From NCBI RefSeq assembly GCF_002105155.1, contig NW_019028988.1:558001-622000 (forward strand): a stretch of DNA of 64,000 nucleotides, written 5' to 3'. The notes under the pieces are model-generated. The model worked only from the letters and a program-made list of their open reading frames with translations. It had not been told where the DNA came from and ran no database searches. The translations under genes were made by a program, and so were the position numbers. This DNA is from Lobosporangium transversale (Eukaryota). Within the stretch, counting starts at the first letter, position 1; every line of letters starts with the position of its first letter. Positions 1 to 14,500 of the stretch are shown piece after piece.

Positions 1-159
1 TTTTTTATTTTTTATTTTTTTATTTTTTTATTTTTTTATTTTTTTATTTTTTGTTAGAAATTTTGATGAACATTTAAGGGCATTTTGACAAAGTATTTTT
101 TCTTTTTTTTTCTCACGACACAAAAAGAGTCGGGCAACGCTCTACTTCTTGTTATTTAC

Positions 160-970
160 CTTCTTTGGGTTCTCAATAGCATGACGATCAACACAGTTGT
201 ATGAAGCGTTTATTCGGCCATCCAGAAACCAAGCGACATCACCATATTTAAATCCTCCATGTCGGACACGGTTGAAAGGTTTGGACCAGGTGAGAAGGTC
301 TGTTGCAAGCTATTGGGGAGAAGAAGACGAAGACCGATGTTAGTAATAATGATAATTTCAATGATAATATTGATACTTTCTTTTAAACAAGCAAGTTACA
401 AACGAAGCAATAAAAGAGATGTGGCACAAGATAATGAATGATCCTTCTCTCTTTCTCGCACACTCTCTCTTGATCTTGTACTTTGATTTTTTTTTTTTTT
501 TTTTTTTTATCGATTGTCATTCCATTACACTAGTTCCTTCAGCATCCTTTTTTTTCTTTTTTACACTGTATGCTTGTACATGTTCACCACCTTTGAAAGA
601 AAGTAGAAGCATCTATTTGCAACACAACACTTGTCCCTCATCTCACCTACCAAAGATAAACCTTATTTCTGAATGAATGGTTGATGGAAGGAAGAAGAGG
701 GGTAGAGAGTTGGCAATTGACGCCTTTTGTTCTGATATATATATATATATATATAAAGAAAGAAAGAAAGAGAGAGAAAGAGAGAGTCGACTCCATATCA
801 TGTCATATCATTATTATTACCTTGCCAAAGAATTCATCGGGCTGTTCAATACTTTGTTGATACAGTTCTTTGTATTGTTGCAACGATGAGATGTAAGGCT
901 CTGGACACTGAGCCGGGTCCAAAAGCCTCTGTGGGACGGGGTATAACTCTCCGTCAGGGATATCGGCCAT
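160..970 (-). CDS. acs: Acetyl-CoA synthetase, first two exons (970-821, 309-160); gene continues off the left edge of the window
   Basis: Manual translation gives MADIPDGELYPVPQRLLDPAQCPEPYISSLQQYKELYQQSIEQPDEFFGK|LATDLLTWSKPFNRVRHGGFKYGDVAWFLDGRINASYNCVDRHAIENPKK. The WF.DG..NASYNCVDRH motif is typical of the ACS N-terminus. GT-AG, phase-0 splice sites. Absent from the ORF track. Confidence 0.93.
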
Positions 971-1149
971 TTTTATTTATTTATTTATTACTTCTTCAAT
1001 TGTAAATAAGAAAAGAGTCAGCAGAGATGTGGAGCAATAAGTAAAAAAAAAAATAAAAAAAATAAAAAAAAAAGAAATGAAATGAAATGGAAGAGCGGAG
1101 AACTCTGTTTAGGTTAAAGAAGCAACGTTAAAGAGAGGAAATAAGAAAG

Positions 1150-1183
<34 letters not shown>

Positions 1184-1441
1184 AAAAGAAAAAAAAGAAA
1201 AGAAAGGAAAAAAGAGAGAGGATTGACGTCCTCCTCCCCCCCTTCCAACTTTTTTAATTGTGCTCTCGCATGCTAAATGGCTGGGGGAGACCTTGGCCCT
1301 CGAGGAGGAAGCAATTGATCATTTAGACCATTTGTCATGAGGAAGAATGTTAAAATAGTCCGATACGAAATGTGCAAACACACTCTTCCTTCAGCGCCAA
1401 CACATCCTTCTTTCCCATTGTGTACATGAACATGTGTTTGG

Positions 1442-1472
<31 letters not shown>

Positions 1473-2242
1473 GCAACCCATTGCATTATCGACAATATCA
1501 CTGTTGACCCTATGAGAAATGTGGTCCATCTAAATAGGAGAAACTACAGAAGCCTTTGTTTAAATATTTTCCCATTGAGTTAGGGGAGCATTGATTTCTC
1601 CTCGCATTGACCATACATTTGTACAAGACAATTGGGGGTACAATCAATTTTATCTTTTTATTATGAAAATGAATATTTCAGTCTATGTATTGTTCCTCCC
1701 ATTTCCTCCTAATAATGTCTTCAGATCCTCACACAGCTAACACAGCAATAACAATCATAATAATTTGATTATGTGCTGGCTTGTTGTTTTTCTTTTTTCT
1801 TTTTTCTTTTTTTTCTTTCTTTCTTAGGAAGTAAATGACATGAAAAGTAAAAAAAAAAAAAAAAAAAAAAATATGGCAAATAAACCTTCTATAGAGTATA
1901 AAAAAAAATAAAAGTCAAACTAAAGTTATATACACAACAAAGAGCAAGAGAAAGAGAAGAAAAAAAAAAAAAAAAAAAAAAAGAAAAGAGAGAGAAAGCG
2001 TAAACTGAAAGAATGATAATAGCAATTATAAACCTCCTTTTTGGTAACACTATATGAATATAAGTTTTCTGTATTATGCGGTTTGGGCTTGACGCTGTTG
2101 CTTGAGTTGGAACTTGGCCATGGGTCTTTGAGCTTTGACTAGGAAAGTGATTATTGTAATATTTATTAATATGATTGAATTGGATTTTATCCTTTAAAAG
2201 CAGTCGCAAGCACTTCTTTTTTTTTTTTTTTTTTTTCTTCCT

Positions 2243-4522
2243 CTATTCACCTTGTGATCCTGATAAGGGATCGGTCAGGCCAGCAACAGGAACAGGAGAA
2301 GACGAAGACATGCTCGACATGAGTGGATGTGTGGGCATTACTGAAGTCGACGGCATGGAAGTATATCCTCCATGATGATTGTGCAGCATATGCGAATTAT
2401 TACCCGCTACCTTGGTCTCATATGACGTGTGATGATACGGCTGAGGATGATGAAGATGTGAACTATCCTCGTTCGAGGGTGGCGAAGGTGAATATTGAAG
2501 ATCAGGATCTGCACTGTGCATACTATGCGGGAACTGCAGAGTCTTTAGGTCAGTATCCGAATGGTATGCTTGATGATGAAAAGAATCGGTCGAGTATGAA
2601 CTCGATGTCAATGCATCATGTTGCTGTTGATGCTGATGTTGTTGATGATGGTGGTGGTGATGTTGTTGTTGGAGACCGTTGGAGGATTCTGAAGAAAATC
2701 CTGAGGACATTACTGGCATGAAATGTGTAGATATGGATGTAGGGAAAGAGAAGTGGTCGTACTGAGGCATGGGTGATGAGCGAGGGGATTCACCATTAGG
2801 GTTTTGAGTCGACATCAATCCTTCAGATGAACCTTCCTCTACATATTTGTGAACATCAGCAGGGGCCACAGACTTGAGATCCAGACGGATTGTGTCGAAC
2901 CGTGGAACCATGTTGCCCAGTGGGTCCAAGTGATCTAATGAGTACATAGGGCCATTTCCGAACGAGTAGTTGGGGTGACCAACCATATCGAACGACTCGT
3001 CATCATTCATGGAGGATGTGCCCATGGCGGATGAGGGCCGGGCCGAGGATGCATCGCCAGGGGATGTAGGAGGTGAATGATCCCGACTATACTCAGATGC
3101 ATCTTGATTGACCGAGTTTGAATTGTAGCCACTGGAAAGATGGAGTGACGAATGGGGCATGAATGGCGCCATGCCTGTGGAAGTTGACTGATCCGCTGAA
3201 GAGATCGAGGACGACGATGTCTGTGAGGAATCATGCGATTCTTGTTTAATACCACCATCACCAGTGTTATTGTTATTAGTACCTCCGCTCTCTAAACTGC
3301 GGTTGTCGTATCGACGCGCCAAAGCCTTCTTGGAATGTGTTCGCAAATGGGCTGAAAAGTTATCTGAGCGACTAAATGACTTGTTGCATCCCGTAAAGTC
3401 GCATTGGAAGGGACGTTCCTTGGTATGGACTAACATGTGTCTCTTCAGATGCTCATATCTCTTGAAGCTCCATTCACAGCTTGGGAACTTGCATGGGTGC
3501 TTGTTATTCGAGCCACTACCTGTAGAAGATACCGAAGTAGTAGAGCAGATCGAATTGTTGCGCTTCACTTTACTACTGCCACGAATCGCTCCGGTCGTTG
3601 AGTGATGTGAGAGCCCTCCTGATCCACCTGCTCCACCGTTAGGACCATTCTGTGTGTTATTGTTCATGGACTTGCCACCAGAGATGAAGCTATCTGGCAT
3701 GGGGGATGAGCAGTTGGACGAGTTAACGGAGGGGATGACTTGGTTTAACGAATGTTGCTGCACATGGAGCTGTTGTTGGTGTTGATGCTGTTGTTGGAGT
3801 AAATGCTGATGAGAGAACTGTGTTCGGTAATAGTGCATCGTCGCTGGATCCAAATGATGGAGAACAGGGGATGGGACACCGAGGACATTATTCATCGAAC
3901 CACCCATCATGCTGGACGGAGGGGTGAGTGATGACCAGGATCCCTGTCGTTGCATGTGCTTCTCCTCGGAGGCTTTGCGCTTATGTTCTGCTTGATCGGC
4001 AGTTAGGATTGGGACCGAGTTCCTTCTGAAGGGTTCATAAAGACTTGTATTGTGGCCATGCATGGCCAAGAATGAGGGTGGTACAGCGGTGTTGGGAGCA
4101 GCAGCGTTGGGAAACGAAGGAGAAGAGGGGGCAGATAAGGGACCAATAGGCGTGTTGGGTGAGAAGATCGGGTTACTGGAGCTGCTATTGCCACTCATGC
4201 CGTTGGTGAATCCAACGGATGCGGATGGTGTGTTGTACATGGTATTGCCAGTACTTTGGAAATGTTGAAGAGAGTGAGTAGTGGACATGGAAAGAGGATG
4301 GGGAGCAGTGACGGATCGAAGGGTCGCGCTGCTCTTGCTCCCTTTCAATGGTGCTGGCCGCTGTTTGATTCCCAAAGGCATAGAGGTAGTAGTGGAAATG
4401 GGTGATGATGACATGGCCATGCTAATGCTCATCGCCATATCTTCTTGCTTAATATCATCCTCTGGGGAAGTTGGACGCATCCACTGACTGCACGGCTGGG
4501 TTGATTCTGAGGAAGTATCCAT
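2243..4522 (-). CDS. C2H2 zinc-finger transcription factor (two fingers, SteA/Msn2-SebA-like finger pair)
   Basis: [55 protein letters not shown], with S/H/Q-rich low-complexity flanks. Likely start MDTSSES at 4522; the upstream part of the 810-aa ORF looks intronic/UTR. Confidence 0.9.
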   Translation of the reverse strand: MDTSSESTQPCSQWMRPTSPEDDIKQEDMAMSISMAMSSSPISTTTSMPLGIKQRPAPLKGSKSSATLRSVTAPHPLSMSTTHSLQHFQSTGNTMYNTPSASVGFTNGMSGNSSSSNPIFSPNTPIGPLSAPSSPSFPNAAAPNTAVPPSFLAMHGHNTSLYEPFRRNSVPILTADQAEHKRKASEEKHMQRQGSWSSLTPPSSMMGGSMNNVLGVPSPVLHHLDPATMHYYRTQFSHQHLLQQQHQHQQQLHVQQHSLNQVIPSVNSSNCSSPMPDSFISGGKSMNNNTQNGPNGGAGGSGGLSHHSTTGAIRGSSKVKRNNSICSTTSVSSTGSGSNNKHPCKFPSCEWSFKRYEHLKRHMLVHTKERPFQCDFTGCNKSFSRSDNFSAHLRTHSKKALARRYDNRSLESGGTNNNNTGDGGIKQESHDSSQTSSSSISSADQSTSTGMAPFMPHSSLHLSSGYNSNSVNQDASEYSRDHSPPTSPGDASSARPSSAMGTSSMNDDESFDMVGHPNYSFGNGPMYSLDHLDPLGNMVPRFDTIRLDLKSVAPADVHKYVEEGSSEGLMSTQNPNGESPRSSPMPQYDHFSFPTSISTHFMPVMSSGFSSESSNGLQQQHHHHHHQQHQHQQQHDALTSSSYSTDSFHHQAYHSDTDLKTLQFPHSMHSADPDLQYSPSPPSNEDSSHLHHPQPYHHTSYETKVAGNNSHMLHNHHGGYTSMPSTSVMPTHPLMSSMSSSSPVPVAGLTDPLSGSQGE

Positions 4523-4659
4523 TGTGGAATTGCACTCGACTGCAACTGTAAACACAAACAAAGAAGTAAAAAAAGAAAGAAAGAGATGAGCATGTGAGTG
4601 GAAAACCAAAAAGTTTCCTTTTCTTGAGCAAAGGATGGAAGAGGCAAACAGACAAAGTA

Positions 4660-4696
4660 AAGCAAGGCAAAGCAAAGCAAAGCAAAGCGAAGCAAA
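4660..4696 (+). repeat. (GCAAA)n pentanucleotide microsatellite
   Basis: aagcaaggcaaagcaaagcaaagcaaagcgaagcaaa read directly. Confidence 0.8.
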
Positions 4697-5972
4697 AGTA
4701 AACTAGTGATTGGACTAGTTATGCATGTGTATGTCAGCAAATCAGAAAGGAAAGGGAAAAGAGCTTTGGCCTTACCAGTGCTCTCGGCCATTACCCTGAC
4801 GACAACAACAAGAAAAAAAAAATAAAATAAAATAAAATCGACGTTTGTTTTACGTGTCTGAAGGAATAAAAGGCTCTGACAGATGGTTTTTTTTGTTGCA
4901 GAGATATTTATAAGGGGCAGGGTCAATGCAAAATGATGGATGGGTGAATGAATGTGACCAAAGTACTGTTTTACTGTTTTAGAATAAAGAAAATAACAGG
5001 GAGTTCATGCAAAAAGAATATAAATGATCTAGTTAGTACAAATAAATCAATACATTTGTTGAAGTACTTTGAGCAATAAAATAGAGATGTGGTCTGACTC
5101 GAATGGACGTCAAAAGAGGGAGGGGATCTGGAGTGGTAATGTAATACAGTAGGGCATACCAAAAACACCTCCACAGAAACCTTTTTTTTTTTTAGCATGC
5201 TCTTTAAAACATGGCAGATGTTTCTTTGCCCTGTTCTTTCTTGAGCATTTTCCGTGATCAGAAAAAGGAGGAGGGGGTGGAAGTTGGGAGATATTTAGAG
5301 ATGCGACCACAGAGTATACAATAAAGAATGAGGGGGGGAAGGGAAGTGAATAAAAAAAAAAAAAGGAAAATAGGGGAGTATCCTTCTTGCTAGAAGTGTT
5401 GTGTGCGGCAATTTCTTTGCTCACTTCGCCACCTCGAAATGCAGGGCTGATTGCAAACACTGACCACGTCGCACCAAAAAAAAAAAAAAAAAAAAAAAAG
5501 GTATGTATCAGGCGCTTGTGAGGATTAGTGAAAAGATGCACAGAAGAGGTAGCTTAAGAAAAAAGATAAAAGAAATGGTGTGACTCCTCCAGTAGATTGA
5601 CGCATGATATCTGAAGCGAATTGGCAAAAATGATAATTAAGCACGATAGTGATAAAAAAAAAAAGCATCTTGTCCAGAAAAGATTACAAAAAACAAGGAA
5701 ATGTTTGGTACTACCAATGTAAAACAGGAATGAAAGGAAAAGAAGGGACGAAGGCAAAAGGGAGGGGGAAAAAGTGGACAGGGCAGATGACAGTGAAGAA
5801 AGAGCCCTAAGGATTGTGTAACTCTATAATTCAGCCGTATTGTCAAGGAAGTTGTGTTTCAAGCAGTTATTACATGGATCAGAGGAACAGCACCTGTCAG
5901 GTCCTGAAGACTTGGATTTGTAAGATTGAGTTATTTAAGAAGGGGAGGAAGGAGCCAGAGGGGATGTCAGTA

Positions 5973-6004
<32 letters not shown>

Positions 6005-6696
6005 AAAAGAAAAAAAGGAAAGAACGGGTATGGAATGAAAGAGCAACGGTAAAGAAGAAGAGGAGTAAGGGAAGGAATGGAGAAGAAGGAGGAAGGTCGA
6101 ATAAATGGAAGGAAGGAAGCAAGGAAGGAAGGAAGTAAGGAAGGGAGGGAAAGGAGAAGAATATAAAAATGATGAGAGCAGATGTCTTGATGATTTAAAA
6201 GCAAAAAAGTGAAAGAATGGAGAGAGAAAGGCATGCTGGGTTTGTTGTGCAAAGTATGGCTGGATTCTCGGTTCTTGTGAAGGCAGGATAGGATGAAAAA
6301 TTTCCCCTTCCTTCTGAAGCAGACAATGCTCTACGTACTGCCGTAATTTCTGTGCAAAAAATGTCCCGTTCGTTTGCAGTAACTTGAGAAAGGCTGCTTT
6401 ACCTCAAAAAAAAAAAAAAAAAAAGAATGATGGGGCTCGAAAATGGGGACTGAGTTGAGATCTGTTTTCGGCTTTGTTTTTGGTCCGCAGACCTCTTCTT
6501 ATTTTCAAAGTGAATGGAGTTCTCCTCTCCCCAATTCTAGTCCATCCTATTCTAAGCTCAAGATGCCTCGAGGCTAGATTCTGCCTGTTGTCCCTCATAT
6601 TCTGTGTTTCTGGCTCCCTCTTTTCCGTTCGAGTAGAGAGAAAAAGAGAATAATAATAATAAAAAAAATCAGGGGCGGACAGACGACAAAGAGAAC

Positions 6697-6730
<34 letters not shown>

Positions 6731-7599
6731 CAACTTTACAGGACCAAGATAAGGCCGTGCTATCGGAGCATATTGAAACGCTGAATGAGCGAGGCAAACG
6801 ACAAGTAAAGGAAAAAAAAAAAAAAAAAAAAAAACACTGAAATCAATCCAGCCGCTCAATTTTTTTTTTTTGTCCCGCTGCTTGTATTAGGATGATGCAG
6901 TATTGATTATGGACAAGTGCCGAGGACTCGAGGGAAAATATGTCTCAGTTACTTGATGATCGTCAGTGTTCATTTGGCAAGGAAAGTCTGCTTGAAATAT
7001 GCATTTTTCACGCATCATTGAACTTATTGACCCGTCAGACATGCCAAACATCTCTACAAAACAAAAACAACAAAAAAAGGGGGGAAGGAAGAGGGAGAGA
7101 AGGGGCAGAGTATTCAACGATGGGCTAATTCGAGTTTCTTGCTGAGCTGCATGTCGTATCTGTTCAGCCTTCCTTGAACTTTTGAATGTTAGTGCCGCGG
7201 ACTGCATATGGGTAGGTGATATGTAGAAGTGAATATTTTTTTTTAGCATTCACTTTTGACTTGGGGTACATTAATCATGCGGATCCAGTGGGGAAGAGGA
7301 TAGGGATGGTGACATGCTGCAAATCGTAAAAGCATGCATACTTGTTGATAAACACAACAGCAACAGCACCTTGACCACTTGCTTGGCCCGGGCGAAAAGC
7401 AAAAAAAAAGAAGCACAACATAAAACACAACAAACAAACTCTTTCACACAGGAATATACACGGACTGACGGAGAGGGAGTCATGCGAAGGACAACTCATT
7501 GTAATTGTGAATGAATGCATTGGTGACTATTTTCAGGATAAGAGACGCGTCTTTTTATCCAATCATCCAAAGGATTCTGGTGCTCCGATCACGCCAAAA

Positions 7600-7641
7600 A
7601 AATAAAATAAAATAAAATAAAATAAAAATAAAATAAAATAA

Positions 7642-7690
<49 letters not shown>

Positions 7691-7704
7691 TTGATAATAA
7701 TAAT
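7600..7704 (+). repeat. Compound (AAAAT)n/(AAT)n microsatellite
   Basis: Read directly from sequence. Confidence 0.9.
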
Positions 7705-10700
7705 TAGTGACTCCATGAACACCTCTCCTCTGTTATCATTTCTCTCATAGATCTGTTTAAAAAAAGATGCAAGCCAACATAAAAAAAACTTTAACATCGA
7801 TAGCAACTTCTGAAGTAATGTTTACAAACCGTACAATGAACACAACAGCATCTCCACACTTGGAGAAAACTTTCTTTTTTGGTTTGGTTTCATCACATTG
7901 CCGACCAAAGACAAACATGTACAGTACATCGGCGAAAAGTATATCGGCTCAAAGGCGTCGTAATACAGTTAGCATTGTGCATTGCAGGTGATTGTTGGAT
8001 CTTATGAAAAAGAAGGCCAGATGTATGCCTTTTTTTTTTTTTTTTTGCGCAGAAAGATATTGAGCCAAAATGCCACACAGTAAGCAGTAATTTGATCATG
8101 AAAACACAAAAGAAAGTAAAACTAGGGCGACAACGTGGATCGGACTATGACAACAAAGAACAATGCGGTTTTGTGTAATCTTTCACTTTTTTTTGCTCTT
8201 CTGTCTTTCCTCGTGCTTCTTGCTTGTGGCATGCATCAGAATCCACTATGAACAAAAAAAAAAAAAAAAAAAATGCATGAAATGCAGAGGTCCATCTAAT
8301 TGCAAGGATTGGAAATAGTCCAGACCAGCGGTAAAACCAACAGAGTTTTTATTTTCAAGCTAAGAGACATCCACAAGGACCAAGCAGATGCATGCTCCAT
8401 TTCTGCCTTGGTTGACAGCTTCAGTTATGGATGATAGTAAGATGTTGCAGCTCTGATACATGGTCCTGTGTATATTCTCAATGTAATTGTGTAGATATAG
8501 CTTTGCTTATGAATTCATCTGAGAGCTTTTTTTTTTTTTTTTTTTCTTCTGTTTCCTGAGTTAAAACAAATCAGATGTAAACCATGACCCCTTCATGTAT
8601 TACATTGCTTAATCTTTAATGGACAATACTGTGCTAGTTTAATCATCTTACTTCCCAAGTTGCAAGACGCGTTTGTCACACTGCAGATCCTAGGACAGCA
8701 AAGGGATCAATCACGCCCCTGGATGTCTTTAAATGGAAGATTTGCTTTTGCCATGGTGACACAGTTACGCAGACCTTTTTTTTAATAGCGTCCAAATGAC
8801 CAATCGGTCTCTTTTGGCACATTCGGAAATTTATCAAGTTTAATGAAGCATTGAGGTGGGTAAAGGAATGAGGAAGAAGGATTAAGAGTTGATGCAAGCT
8901 GGCTAGAACTACTTCTCGATATATAAGTCCTTAAAAACTATTAAACTTTTTTTTTGTTCTTTGTTTTTTGTTTTTTGTTTTTTGTTTTTTAGCGATAATC
9001 TTTGAACAAAAGATAGGAGAAAAAAGAAAAAAAAAAAAAAAAAAAAGACTAGAAAGTCAACACTTGTTGTAGTGGTAGAACTCAGAGAGGCTCATATGCA
9101 TTGATCAATAAATCATGTGAGGCATTTTTGGAGAAATAAAAAACCAATAAAAAACAATCAGAATAGCAATAGAATAAAGATCCTGTTATTTCTCTGACCT
9201 AAGATCCTATCTTTTATCCTCTCTTCGCTTTTTTTTTTTTTTTTTTTTTTGTATTAAATGTGTACGAAGGTTTATGCTGTGCTTAGGTAGAATAGGGGGT
9301 AAGAATGAGGGTTAAAATAGGCCACCAAAGCTGAGAATTAAACAAATGAAAGATTGGCTTCTATACCAAATCCATAGAAGGTCAAACAAGGGGGTGGAGC
9401 GCACAGGTATCAAATCAGAGGCAGGAGTTTAACAGGGACCGGGAGAAGACTTATTATCGGGACGCGGACTTGAAAAAAATAATGGAGCGTGTGTATATTT
9501 TCTGAATTAAGGTTTGTTGCTGCCTCGACAGGGATCGGGATCAGCATCAGATGCATGTATAGACATGTCACTCATCAGACCTTCATCCTTTGTAGAGTCC
9601 TGGTTTAGTCTACAAACATCTCTAGTCTTTTCTCAATCGGTCTTCATTTTATGATCTGCTTGTTTTGATCCGCAGGTTCATGCTAAACTGTTTTGAGGAG
9701 TATTACTCAATAGATATGCACAATTTCAGTCTGACGCGAATAAGTGGCAAATGCGAGTACTGTATATCATATAAATGTATATGTTGTACCGAAGATGTTT
9801 TTATTTTTATTTTTACTTTTATTTATTTTACTTTTTTTTTTTTTTAGCGCTAATCTGCATGAGGGAGTTTTATTTGAAGAGAACACTTGTACGTTTATTC
9901 GTTTGTGTGTCACAACACTAAATGCATCCCTATTGAAATACATATATTTCGAACCTACTTTTCCGTGAGCACTAAACCCGATGTAGATGTGGAAGAGGAA
10001 GTAGACCGGTATTTATTCAAACATGAGTGGCCACACATTCAATAGCACTAAAACAAACATCTTCTACTGCCAATAAAGAGAGCAGGAAAATATGCGTCAA
10101 AGTTGTAGAGGAAGGAAAAATGAGACCCGGTCAGTAGGAATATTCCTCTGTGGGTTTGGATACATGTATTTATTTGAGCACTGGAGCAGAAGAGGAAAAA
10201 AAAAAAAAAATCACTGTCATTGACAACAGTCTATACATGATAACACGGACATGACTAGTTTAGGACCATGGGCAAATCCATAATTGGTTACCAAGGGCAA
10301 GATGAAATCGAATCGGGCATGGCATGAGGACTTTCATCACAAGATATGCCTAAGATCCATAGCACATGGATTCAAAACATACTCATACACAGTGCACACG
10401 TTCATCCACAATTCTAACGGACAATTCTACCATTCTCTAATAGTTGGACTGAAACTTACCATTGTCGCTTGAAGCTTGAATAACGTCTAGAAGATGTGTA
10501 ACTTCAATTAAGTGATCGACACTTACTGTTCTGCTCTGTATTAAGTTGAAAATGAATAAGGAATTAAAGAAAAGGCGTACCCACATCTTTTTTATAATGT
10601 ACCTTATTATTGCTACGATGTAGAGTGACCTGGTTGGTATCTCTGTACTCGTATCTGTTTTTTTTATTTTTTTATTTAACGTTTAAAAGAACGGAGCCGT

Positions 10701-11543
10701 TACAGTTTTTTTTTTTGTATTGCAGCAATGGGTGAGAGCAAGAGCACCCAGTTTGGGTTTTTCTGGGCTTGCTTCGACCAACTCGTGTCAGTCTAAAGAG
10801 ATCCTTTCCCCAGTGAGGAAATTCAACAAATTCCAATAGTTGCAGCAACTTGTCGGTTTTCACTCCTCTTTCCCCTTCATCACAACCCTTCTCTTCATTA
10901 CGATCACTCAATCATCTAAATCTAATCATTTCACCATTCATTCTCAAATGCATTCATCACGATCGTGTTGATGAGTATTTGTTTTCTCGGGATATCCATC
11001 TAGTCTCATATTCCCATATATCTCTCCATTTCCTCCACACCTTTCCAGCATCCACACTGATAACTTTTCAACCACTTTACCATTGAAACCATTTCAAGAT
11101 CTATCCAGCATTAAATCCATCACCACCTTACAAACTTCTCTATTTTTTTTTATCCACTCATCCATTCATCCACTCATTCACTCATTCACCCATCCAATCC
11201 AACACTTTTCACCGTTATCCGCCCCTTCGACCTCTTCCCTTCCTCTCCCTTTATTTTGGTAACACACAATTTTACTACATTTCCACGGACCGCTTTGTCA
11301 TCCCACGTTTCGCTGCACACATCCTATTCTACATTTCGCAAATTTGTTTTATTTCTTTCTGTTGGCTGGACCTTGTTCTTCGGTCGGTTATCCGGCGCGT
11401 TGGATACCTTACTGGTTCTACATTTCATCATTCAAATAATCGACCTCGGAAGGCAGAAGACTCATTAACAACAAACAAATCAGTATCATATACTCCGTCA
11501 TCACCTACATCCCTCTCTTTTTCTTTGCCGCTCATCACAGCCA

Positions 11544-14500
11544 ATGTCCGGCAACCAGTTCTCATATAATGATGGCTGGTTTGGCTCCTTACAAGCAAGT
11601 GAGAATGACACTTTGCCCAACCAACCAATGTCAAATCAAGATATGACTCTCGATGCCTTATTTAAATTAATAGGAGGAGGAGGAGGAGGAGGAGGAGGAG
11701 GAGGAGGAGGAGGAGGAAGGGGAGGAGGCTTCAACAAAATGGGACTAAATCTTGGAGCAGATACCAGTTATTTGGTAGCGACCATATATCTCACTTTTCT
11801 TTTCACGGTTGCTGTCATGATGAGTTTAAGAGCACGTACGCGCCTTCGGGCGTTTGCCTGCTTCCTCACCTATGTAGGATTGACCATTGCAATCATCGGT
11901 CTTCTGCGTGCCAAAGCTTACTTGAGTCCTGGTTGGTACTGGGCATGGAATTTTTTAGGCGAAGGCTTGGCAGTAGTGGCTTTAACTCTGACAATTGTCT
12001 CTGTTGGATCTGGTTTCTATCCTATGGCAGGGAAACGGAATCTCTATTGGCGGTTGTCTATGATTCTGATCAGCATCTATGGATTTCTTTCATTAGTGAA
12101 TGTGGCACTTTATGTCAATGAAAAGCTCTACCCCCGATTGATCGACGGCCCAGCAGTTCTACAGCTTCGCAAAGACATAGTAAACGTAGGGTTTCAAAGT
12201 GTTACTGCACTTGCATATGAGCTTAAGAAAACGCAGACTATGAACTTGATTCCCAAATTTGATACCGGATTATATGGTGCGCAAGATTGGCGGCAACTTT
12301 GTTGGTCAGAGCGTGAGATGTTCTCGAGACCCGAAGTAGCTTTTTACTTGGCTCATCAATACCTCATGATAGCGACCTGCCTATGGTCTTGCATGTATCT
12401 CTTTGTTCCTTTGGTAATGCACCATCGTCATGGCCCTATAGGTCGACCTGTTGATAGTGATATGATGGCTGTCGGTGTCTGGTATCTGAGCTGTATCATG
12501 TTATTGGCTATTGTAAGTTAATGATAAACAACCTCCCAGCAATGGGTTTATTGATTTTCGTATTCATATGTTACAATGCCGCTGCTTTATTAAACTATTT
12601 ACATTGTTCCTTTTTTCCTTTTCACACAGGTATATACGTCGCTCAATATAATGTACATTGCTAAGCCAGAGTACATTTTCCAGCAGCAAATGCAGGCATT
12701 AGATCTTTGTGTGCGCATAACTATCGGCCCTATCTTCTTCCTTCCCGCTCCAGGGTTCCTTTTGCGGTTTTATCGAGAGCATTTTAAAAAATTCAGGAGT
12801 CACAATAGCAATTCAGCTCGTAATGGTGGCGGCACAGGAAGGAACATGGGCTCGGGGAATCAAGACAATGGTTCCTTCACGAATGACAGCAATGCTCTCG
12901 CAAGCTTTCCTCAGCCTTCCATATCTTTAGACGACACACGAATTGGGAGTAGTCGAACCGATGGTAGTGCGACTCGTTGTTCTTTTGACATGAGTCCTGA
13001 CAAAACTACTAGTACTCAACACAAGCTTCAAGATCCAACTAGTCCGAAAAGTATTTACAATCCAATGAAGATCTTTCAATCGCGTGAACGAGGTACATCT
13101 GTCGAAAGCAGCAGAGTTCTGAACAAGGATTTCGAATGTGGATCTTCGTCACAATCACAGTATGAAGACAGGTCCGAGTCTTTTCACTTGCCTTATTACA
13201 GCAGCAGCAGTCATAACACAGACACCGTAAACCTAGCCCTAATGGATTCATCACGACACTGTCCAACATCAACATTGGATAGTTATAATAGTAATGTCAA
13301 TGAGTCTGAAAAGAGCAAAAAGACATATTGCGATCAGAGCCAAGTGAAGTCATCAGTTATCTTGGAGGCCCCACAAACGTCACAGACACTGCAGACACTA
13401 CAGCCAATATTGACGGAGGAGCACTTGCGCACTGCTGCTAGCAGGAATGGGGCCTTTGCTACGAGCAGCCGACCAGATATGGAGTACACTCAAAATGGCT
13501 CAAAGTCCCATCAAGAGTACAACAATATGTTCGCTCGAGATTTAGAATCTAAAGGTTAGAACTTTTTTCTTTATTAGTAAAAAAAAAAAAAAAGAGAAGA
13601 AAAAAAAAAAAGCAAGAACTGTATTTTACCCACCAAGAAGCATGAATATAGCACTGTTGAGAATACACAGGCTGATAATTGTACATCAATAAATATATTT
13701 TACTTTTGCAGATAACACGACAAAGTCAGAGCAGATTGGAGAACATGGTTCTCAAGGTTCCAAAAATATGAGTTCTAGTGACTGCACTAAAGACAAGTTG
13801 AATAAGATGTCCAGTGATAACAATGATGGGGTTTCCGTCTCAGACTCTATCCCTTCCCTCGACACCCCGATTGAACAGCTCACGGGTCTACAGAGACAAT
13901 TGGCCGAGCATCGTTCTGCACTTCTGCCCAAGGTACTTGCATACCAGGCCTATCATGAGGACCGCGCGACTGCAGAACCGTTCGACCGTACATTCCAACT
14001 GCCATCCGTCAACCCATATTGCTTGGATTCACCGCGTCCCAGTATTAATGAAGCTCGTACCTTGAGTGATCTACCCACCCGTTTGTCTAGCGATGGACTC
14101 TCAAAGGTCGATAAAAATGCTCTTTCTTCTACATCGTTGTCACCATCATCAACGGCAACAGGAGGTTTCACCAGTCGACTTGGATTGGGTATAGACCTTG
14201 AAGCCAAGTCACCTTCCCATATAATCGATCCCTCACTTTGGTCTACGCCTCCAGTATCTGCCCGGTCTAACTTTTCGTCAGAAATCGACAACTCATACAA
14301 CATTACTTCTACAGGCAGTGGCAGCAATAGCAGTCATAGTAATAATAAGCACCGTGATAGTAAGTCCGTTGATGGCTTCAAAGCTGTCTTCAAGGCTTTC
14401 AATGGAGGCGATCGATCCGGTAACTCAAAGTCTTCCCAAGCCGCTCATGATCATAAGGATCGTAGCGGCAGCTATCACAATAGGAGGACTGATGGGCCAC

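Noticed and set aside
887..970. GC-rich island with hairpin/pseudoknot potential suggesting a ribozyme or snoRNA
   Set aside because: It is coding exon 1 of acetyl-CoA synthetase on the minus strand, and no complete hammerhead, twister or HDV core is present.
4971..11468. Many 60-150-aa ORFs rich in poly-F/K/I (similar ones at 18-21 kb and 24-28 kb)
   Set aside because: Products of poly-A/T tracts and microsatellites, with no recognisable domains.
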